Shown piece after piece: positions 57,143 through 64,000 of a stretch of 64,000 nt of DNA. Within the stretch, counting starts at the first letter, position 1. Every line of letters begins with the position of its first letter. The notes under the pieces were generated by a model. The model was given only the letters and a program-made list of their open reading frames with translations. It was not told the origin of the DNA and did no database searches. The translations under genes and the position numbers were made by a program. The stretch is from Prasinococcaceae sp. CCMP 1430 (Eukaryota; Plantae; Prasinodermophyta): contig RQSC01001302.1 in the NCBI GenBank assembly GCA_013416795.1, positions 62,001 to 126,000 on the forward strand. The letters are read 5' to 3'.

Positions 57143-58961
57143 GCGCGAGGCGCCGCGCCGCCCGCGCCCGGAGGCGGAGGCGGCGCCGCGGGGCGCGTGT
57201 ACCCAGTGTTCGTGCTCGACGGCGACGCGTACCAGCTGCGCCGCTGCAGCGCGCTGAGGGCGAGTTTCCTCGTCGAGAGCCTGCGCGAGCTCGACAGGGA
57301 GCTGCGCTCGCGCGGCTCGCGTCTGTACGTTGCGTCGGGGGACCCCGTGCAGGTGCTGCCGCAGCTCTGGGAACGACTCGGCGTGACGCACCTCACGTTC
57401 GAGGCGGACGAGACCGGCGAGCCATACGCGCAGCGGCGCGACGCGGCCGTGCTGAGCGCCGCAAAGGCTGCGGGCATGAGCGCGGAGGCCCACGCGACCG
57501 AGACGCTCTATCCGCTCGGCGCGTACGTGGCGCGAAGCGGCGGTGACCCCGCCAACGTGCCCGCGACGATGGGCGCGTACGAGAAGCTGTTCGCGCGCAT
57601 GGGCAAGGCGCCGCCCGCGCCGCTCGACATGCCAACGACCGCCGAGTTCAAGAGCGAACTCCGGGACGTTGTTGGAGGCGACGAGATGCTGCCGCCTCGT
57701 TCGCCCACCGACCTGCCCTGGCCGCGCGAGACGCCGCGGGCGCAGGTCGAGCCGGTGTGGAACGCCGCTGACTGCGAGGGGCTTTCGCCAGTTGCCCGAG
57801 GTGGCGAGCGCGAGGCGCTGAATCGCCTGCGCTCTTGCATGTCGCGCCATGCATGGGTGGCATCCTTCGAGAAGCCCAAAACGCTGCCCACCGCACTGTC
57901 GCCCTCCACGACGGCGCTGAGCCCCTACCTCAGCTTGGGCTGCCTCTCACCGCGCACGATGTGGCACGGGGTCGTCGAGTCTGCTGCCTCCGCGCCGGCT
58001 GGAGCGCCGCGGTCCAAGCCACCCGTGAGTCTGCACGGCCAGCTCATGTGGCGCGACTTCAGCAACCTGATGGCACACTCCGCCAACGCCGAGTGCGCCG
58101 GCAGCTGGGGCCAGATGGAGGGCAATCGGTACTGCCGCGCGATTGAATGGGGCGAGGACGCGGAGCTGCTCGCCGCATGGAAGGAAGCGCGCACCGGCTA
58201 TCCGTGGATTGACGCGTGCATGATGCAGCTTCGGACCGAGGGATGGGTGCATCACCTGGGACGCCACGCGCTGGCGTGTTTCCTAACACGCGGCGACCTC
58301 TGGCAGCACTGGGAGCGCGGCGCGGAGCACTTCGAGGGACAGCTGCTGGATGCCGACTATGCCCTCAACGGCTTCAACTGGCTTTGGTTGAGCTGCTCGG
58401 GTTTCTTCTACCAGGTGCGCTCGCCAGCGTACCCCCTAGCTCGCGCGCCCACGCCTGCCGCGCTCGCCTCGTGGCTGACAGCCTTTCCGCGCGCACGGTC
58501 ACCAACGCGTGTGTTCATGCACCCCACAGTACTTCCGCTGCTACTCGCCGGTGGCTTTCCAGAAAAAGAACGACCCCAGCGGTGCGTTCATCCGCAAATG
58601 GCTCCCGCAGTTGCGCAAGCTGCCTGACAAGTACATTTATGAGCCCTGGACCGCGCCGATCGCAGTGCAGAAGTCCGCAGGCATCATCATCGGAACCGAC
58701 TACCCGAAGGTGCGTACGCGTCCTGCCTAGCGCGGGCGCCCGCTCGCGCGCGCTCGTGTCAGACTCTGTCTCCCGCAACCGAGCCGCCGCATGGCTGACC
58801 GTACACTCGTGCACGCGCGCCCGCAGCCCGTCGTCGACCACAAGGTCGTCAGCAAGGAGAATATGGGCAAGGTCGCCAAAGCATACGAGGCTTACAAGAA
58901 GACCCAGTCCTCAGGGGCCGGCGGCGGCCCTCCCAAGAAGAAGCTCAAGGCGGGCAAATAG
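57143..58961 (+). CDS. (6-4) photolyase / animal-like cryptochrome; N-terminus lost at N57142
   Basis: Exons <57143..58414, 58530..58709 and 58827..58961. VYPVFVLD, LSPYLSLGCLS, WVHHLGRHALACFLTRGDLW, NWLWLSCSGFFYQ|YFRCYSP and a C-terminal PKKKLK. Confidence 0.94.
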
Positions 58962-58976
58962 CATGTCCGGACTGAT

Positions 58977-58981
58977 TGTAA
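58977..58981 (+). terminator. TGTAA poly(A)-signal-like motif (chlorophyte type)
   Basis: 16 bp after the photolyase stop. The same motif follows GPDH (12369), Ubl (24995), the translocator (46969) and, on the minus strand, the BBS10-like gene (33574). Confidence 0.6.
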
Positions 58982-59030
58982 TGGTACTGATACTGTACAA
59001 GATTTGCGGTTGGTAGTGCAAGGCAGCCCA

Positions 59031-60118
59031 TTAAGCGACCCCGGAAGGATCCCAGCAGAACTTCCTGGGCGCCACCCGCGCGAGCTCGCCTTCGGCCTCC
59101 TCGGTCAGAACGACTGTCTCCGCCTTTGCGTTCTCCTCTATGCGGCCCTCGTCCGCTGACCGCGGCAGCACCACGCAACCGCGTGCAAGGCCCCACGCGA
59201 GCAGCACCTGCGCCGTCGTACAGTTGCACAGCCGCGCCGCCGCGCGGACGTGCCGGTCTTCCAACAGCTCGCCGGTGCCAAGCGGTGAGTAAGCTTGTAC
59301 CACACAGCCCAGCTGCGCGCAGCGTGCTCGCAGCGCATCCTGCCGGAACGCTGGGTGGCACTCGATTTGATTCGTCGCTGGCATCTCCCGCGCATAGACG
59401 ACCATCTCATCGAGATGTCGCACCTCGTAGTTCGACACGCCGATGGCACGACAGAGCCCCTCCGCCTTGGCAGACACGCAGCACGCACACGCACGAAGAG
59501 GGATAGGTACACGGGCGTGTCAGAGGCGCTCCGTCTGCTCTGTCCCCACACAGGCAGGCAGAAAGCTGCAGAACAGCGCTCGGCGCTGCTTTGCCCGCAC
59601 ACACCTTGCAGTCCTCGAGGGCGCGCCACGCCTCCCTCCGCGCTGCGGCATGCGCTTCAGAGCTATGTTTTTGTCGAGCGACGCCCGGCCAGTGCAGCAA
59701 ATAGACGTCAACGTACGGGGTGCGCAGGCGCTCAAGGCTCGCGTGCAGGGCGGCGACGGTCGACTCGTATGTCTTCAGCTCATACGCGCTCGCCTTTGTT
59801 ACCAGCGATATGCACTCCCGCGTCAGAGTAGGATCTGCACTCGGTCGTGAAGTTGCATCGACGTGCGTCAGCGTGGGCGACACAAAACAGAGAAGCATGG
59901 CCTTCCCCACACGCCGGGTCTGCGCACGCACCTGCTGCCATCGCCGCGGCGATGCCGTCGGCGACCTCGCCCTCGTTCTTGTAAATTGACGCCGTGTCGA
60001 GCAGACGCACGCCGCAACGCAGCGCTGCGGCGACTGCGCGCGCGCACGACTCGCCGCGCAGCGTGTGCGTGCCCATGCCCAGACGAGGCGTACGAGGCGG
60101 TGCCACCTCGCCTGCCAT
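59031..60118 (-). CDS. Aldo-keto reductase, 283 aa
   Basis: Exons 59932..60118, 59605..59834 and 59031..59465. PRLGMGT, LDTASIYKNE, LVTK, YLLHWP, AIGVSNY and NQIECHP. Confidence 0.94.
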
Positions 60119-60545
60119 GCTGACACAGAGCGCGCGTGCTCCCTCTACCCTCGTATCAATTCCCCGAATCCCTCTCGTCTGCGTCTGCCAGTCCAGCCAG
60201 TGGGCTTGCCGGATCGCCCGGCCCCGAGCTCAGCCACACGCTCGCCGTGGTGTCGACACGCCGCACGCGTGCAAATGCACGCGGCAGCAGGCGCGGCGGT
60301 GCGCAGGGGCGCGCGGGGGGCAACGAAGGATCCGCTCCCCCCTCTCTCCGCCCCTTCCCTCCGACCACCCTTCCACTGCTATCGCGCCACGCCTCGCTGG
60401 CTGAGCGCCACGTGGTGTGCGCACACTGTGGTGGCACTGTGTTTGATCTTCGATGCTCTGCGCAAAATGCGCGGAAACAGGCCACACGCGCTGAGACGCC
60501 AGAGCCAAAATTGCATAGTATACACACGTGTTGCGCGCGTCACCG

Positions 60546-62474
60546 TCACCGCACGCCGCGCCCCCCGTGGCTCGCCCCCGCGAGCGCGCCTGCCGCGTGC
60601 GGCGGCACGATAGACTCGATCAGCCCGTCTCCGCTGATGAGCTCGGTTGCGGCCACAACGAAGTCTATATCGCTCCGCGAGCTCAGGAAGCGCAGTGCAG
60701 CAATCTCAGCGAACGTCACTCCGCCGAGAAAGACAACCAGCACCACGCGCCTGGTAGTGCCGCCACTGCTCTTTGCTGCCGAGTGCAGGCGGTTGCCCCC
60801 CATTTCATCGGGCTTTTCGATGGGCACGCCGTTCGTGTCGAAGGTCTGCAGCAACTCAAAGTGTGAGCCCGGTAACGCTCGCAGTGCGTCTTCGACGCCC
60901 AGCCAGCCCTCCGGTCGCAGCAGCGCATGTTCGACCAGCCTGATGGACAGCGGTGCGTACCCCTGCGTGGCGAATGTGTACGCAATGTCCTCAGGATCGT
61001 CGTTGTCCAGCTCGTCCACACTGAGCGCCAGCGATCGCCTGCACGACGCAAAGGAGCTGCGCCCGCTCTCCTGGCGGCGAATGAGCCCCGACGCGAGTAG
61101 TGCATCGAGCGTGAGCAGCTGCTCGTGGCCGTACGCGTGCATGAGGACCGTGCGGTATGAGTCGAGCTGGCGGCGTGATAGGCCACCGGCGATGAGGCTG
61201 GCGGCACACAGCGGCTTGAGGGAGTCAGCCAGCGGCGCGCGACGAAAGGCGGCCTCCTCGGCCATCGCGCACGCCGCATCGACGGCCGAGCTCCCACCAC
61301 CCTCAACGAGCGCGGCCTCGTTCTCCAGCCGCCGGCGAAAGGCAGGTTTGGACGCGAGGCGGTTGAGCGCATCGCTCAGCGAGATGTGGCGCTCTATCTC
61401 AGGCAGCGTCTTGAGGTCTTTGACGAAGTCTCGGATCTTGGACATGTGCGCCGAGGAGTCTCGCGCCGAGTCGTAGTCATTGCGGATCGCGTTCGCCTTG
61501 TCGCGCAGTTCGGCCATCACATTGCCGAAATTGCGGTCGCGCAGCTGCTTGAAGAGGGCGTCCGAGGAGTTGAGCGCCACACGGTCTGGCCGCCCAGGCG
61601 CCTGCAGCTGCTGCTGCTGACCCTCGCCATGGTCACCACCCCCGCCCTTGCGCTTTCCACGGCCGAGAAGCCCGGCGGGGAGCTCGGCAACGCCATTGCG
61701 CACGCTGAAGAAGTGGTCGATGAGCCCCTCGTACGTGAGCGGCGTGAGCAGCGGCGTCACGCAGTCCACCTCGCGATCGATGAGCACCATCGCGTCCACC
61801 TGTGGCGCTACGGCCACAGGCCCCACCCCGCCCTGCTCCTTGCGCATACGGCTGAGCACCTGCGCGCATGCGTGGGCGTTCACCCCCACGCCTTTGATGT
61901 GCGGCACGAGGCCGATCTTTAGCTGCAAACGCGCGAGCGCGCGGGCGGCATAGTACACCGAGGTGCGGTCGCCGTCGACCGTGCACTCCTTGAAGCTACT
62001 GCCCAGTTCCAGGCTGAGCACATCCTCATCGAACGGAATCCAGTCGATGGGTAGCTCCTCGACACTCAATTCTCCCAGCACGCCCTCCTCCTCGAGAATG
62101 CGCTCGCACACGACCGTCCTGCGCGGGACATAGTACACAGCGTGCGTACGCGCCTCACTCGCCCTCGCCGCTGCTCGCACGTGGGCCGCCAGCGCCTTGG
62201 TCGCGCCAATTGTCGGCCGCACAATGTATACGACCGTCGGCGTGCGAAATGATCCTGGCGCTGCATCGAGCCCAAGCAGGTCTTCGACGCCATGCTCCTT
62301 GAGCGTCGACGTGCGCGTCACCAGCGCCATGGGGCCCGACAGCCGCGCGTCGAACACCACGGTCTTGCGCCCAGCGCGCGCGTCGAGCGCGTCGACCAAT
62401 GCGGAGCGCGCCACGTCGCGCGCCGCGCCGACCGCAGCAAGGCGTGCGCCGTCGAGCGGCGGCAGCTGTGCCAT
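60546..62474 (-). CDS. VPS33: Vps33 (Sec1/Munc18 family; HOPS/CORVET), intronless, 642 aa
   Basis: PIDWIPFDEDVLSLE, LIDREVDCVTPLLTPLTYEGLIDHFF, GYAPLSIRLVE and LVVFLGGVTFAEIAALRFL. Confidence 0.94.
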   Translation of the reverse strand: MAQLPPLDGARLAAVGAARDVARSALVDALDARAGRKTVVFDARLSGPMALVTRTSTLKEHGVEDLLGLDAAPGSFRTPTVVYIVRPTIGATKALAAHVRAAARASEARTHAVYYVPRRTVVCERILEEEGVLGELSVEELPIDWIPFDEDVLSLELGSSFKECTVDGDRTSVYYAARALARLQLKIGLVPHIKGVGVNAHACAQVLSRMRKEQGGVGPVAVAPQVDAMVLIDREVDCVTPLLTPLTYEGLIDHFFSVRNGVAELPAGLLGRGKRKGGGGDHGEGQQQQLQAPGRPDRVALNSSDALFKQLRDRNFGNVMAELRDKANAIRNDYDSARDSSAHMSKIRDFVKDLKTLPEIERHISLSDALNRLASKPAFRRRLENEAALVEGGGSSAVDAACAMAEEAAFRRAPLADSLKPLCAASLIAGGLSRRQLDSYRTVLMHAYGHEQLLTLDALLASGLIRRQESGRSSFASCRRSLALSVDELDNDDPEDIAYTFATQGYAPLSIRLVEHALLRPEGWLGVEDALRALPGSHFELLQTFDTNGVPIEKPDEMGGNRLHSAAKSSGGTTRRVVLVVFLGGVTFAEIAALRFLSSRSDIDFVVAATELISGDGLIESIVPPHAAGALAGASHGGRGVR

Positions 62475-62790
62475 GGCCGCCGCGCGCAGGTCGGGCGGGG
62501 CGGGGCCAGGCGGCTGCCGCTCGTACCCCGCCCTGCGTGCGCAAAGTGGCAAGGGGGGGAAGGGGGGAACGTCACACTGCATCGCCTCCCTGCCTTTTCT
62601 TCTATACCTGCTCGCGGGGTGTTCCAGTCTCGATAATGCGGCCGGTGTGAGGCGACATGGCCCATGTGGCACACAGCGCGTGCGGTGCAGTGCGTGGGCA
62701 GCAACCTTCCCCAACGTCTCCCTCCCCCCCCTGGGCCCAACCCCCGTCGTGCCCCAGACTTTGCCCTTCACTCCCGCTGCAGCCGCCGCC

Positions 62791-63890
62791 ATGGCCGTGC
62801 TTTGCACCCGCCGCGCTACTGCCGCCGCGGCCGCCGCCCTGCTCTGCGCGGGCACCGCAGTTGCGCAGTACGACTTCGGCGGCATGGGCGGCGATTATCC
62901 CGACATGGACGACTACGGAATGGATGAGTATGGCATGGGGGGGGGGGGAGGTGCCTCGGACTCGCCGGACGCACACATCCGAGGCGTTCTCGACCTCGAC
63001 GACGTCACGTTTGACAAGGTCATCACAGGCGAGGCGGCAGCGTTCGGTGCGTCGCGCAGGAGGGCTGCGCTGCCAGTGGCGATCACACCGATCAGCGCGA
63101 CAAGCAGCTACTGACCCGCGCGAATGGCACGGTTCACACCGCGGCGCTGCGCCGTGCCGCCCGCGCGCACACAGTCGAGTTCTACGCGCCGTGGTGTGGT
63201 CATTGCAAGTCGCTCAAGCCTGAGTTCGAGGCGCTCGCCGCCGAGATGGGATCCCACCCTGCGCTGGTCCTCGCGAAGGTGGACGTGGACAGCGAAGGTG
63301 GCCGGTCGCTTGGCGAGCGCTTCGGCGTCGAGGGCTTCCCCACCCTCAAGTTCCTTCCTCCCGGTGGCGGCGATGCGGACGACTACGATGGCGATCGCAC
63401 TGCCTCGGCTATGCAGGATTTCCTCGAGTCTAAGGTCGGGCCAGCGGGCGCACTCCCGGAGATGGCCGAGGCAGTGGAGACCTTCGGTGCGTGCTGGCTG
63501 TTTACATGGATGTTTGCGCCCCCATGCCCACGCGATTGCGTCAGATGGCGCAGCACGCGCCAGCACACATTGCGCAGCGCATCAGCACATCCGCACTGAC
63601 ACTGACATCCTCCCCCAACAATTGCAGCCAAGGATATGGCCTCCGGCATTTCCGCCGCCGAGAAGGTAGCCGCCACACTCGCTGAGGGCGACGAAGAGAA
63701 GGCGGAGAAGGCAGCTGTGTATGTCAAGGTTATGAACAGCATCAAGGCGAAAGGAAAGGAGTACATATCAAAGGAGATCGAGCGCCTTGGGCGCATGATC
63801 GACAGCGGCAGTGTCACGGAGGATAAGGCCGCCTCCTTCAAGGTCAAGCGCTCCACGCTGCGCGTGTTCAGCGCGAAGGACGAGCTTTGA
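62791..63890 (+). CDS. ER protein disulfide isomerase-like protein (thioredoxin + ERp29-C domain), 276 aa
   Basis: Exons 62791..63046, 63175..63486 and 63628..63890. Signal peptide, VEFYAPWCGHCK, a helical C-terminal domain and terminal KDEL. Confidence 0.94.
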
Positions 63891-64000
63891 GTCACAGATG
63901 TAGACAGTACAGCTTGGGTTATCATTGAGACGCAACCGTCGCGACCACCTTGCCCGCGGTGGCGCCGCTCAGCATGTGCTCGACGGCGCGGGGTATCGCC

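Noticed and set aside
6562-63627. Introner-like mobile introns
   Set aside because: By eye the introns share only short signals (GTGCG, CTGAC, GCATG), not extended similarity; an all-versus-all alignment would be decisive.
219-63890. Most long Arg/Ala/Pro-rich ORFs in the six-frame track
   Set aside because: Shadow ORFs expected at about 70% GC; they overlap better-supported genes and lack motifs.

Overview
Gene-dense eukaryotic window, about 70% GC by eye, most likely from a green alga. The evidence is nuclear plastid genes (Ycf54, phosphate translocator, DHQ synthase), AP2 and plant-type GPDH genes, GT-AG introns with frequent CTGAC branch points, and TGTAA poly(A)-like signals. About 35 protein-coding genes or fragments were reconstructed by hand, many spliced and therefore missed or split by the ORF track. 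I found no rRNA, tRNA, CRISPR array or convincing mobile element. One 161-N gap and five single Ns (2175, 14535, 40421, 45467, 57142) behave like collapsed assembly gaps and truncate several genes. I see no multi-gene novel system. The best leads are a LarB/CpmA homologue, a BBS10-like chaperonin paralogue, a cyanobacterial-type M16 protease with a twin-arginine signal, an ERK-clade MAPK with TDY, a 78-nt tandem-repeat phospho-site protein, a polyQ + Trp/Tyr-repeat protein, a double FG-GAP propeller protein, an RRL-motif membrane precursor, a 71-aa spliced microprotein and several motif clusters (HSE, GTAC, TTTTGAA). Homology calls rest on motif recognition from memory; no database search was run.
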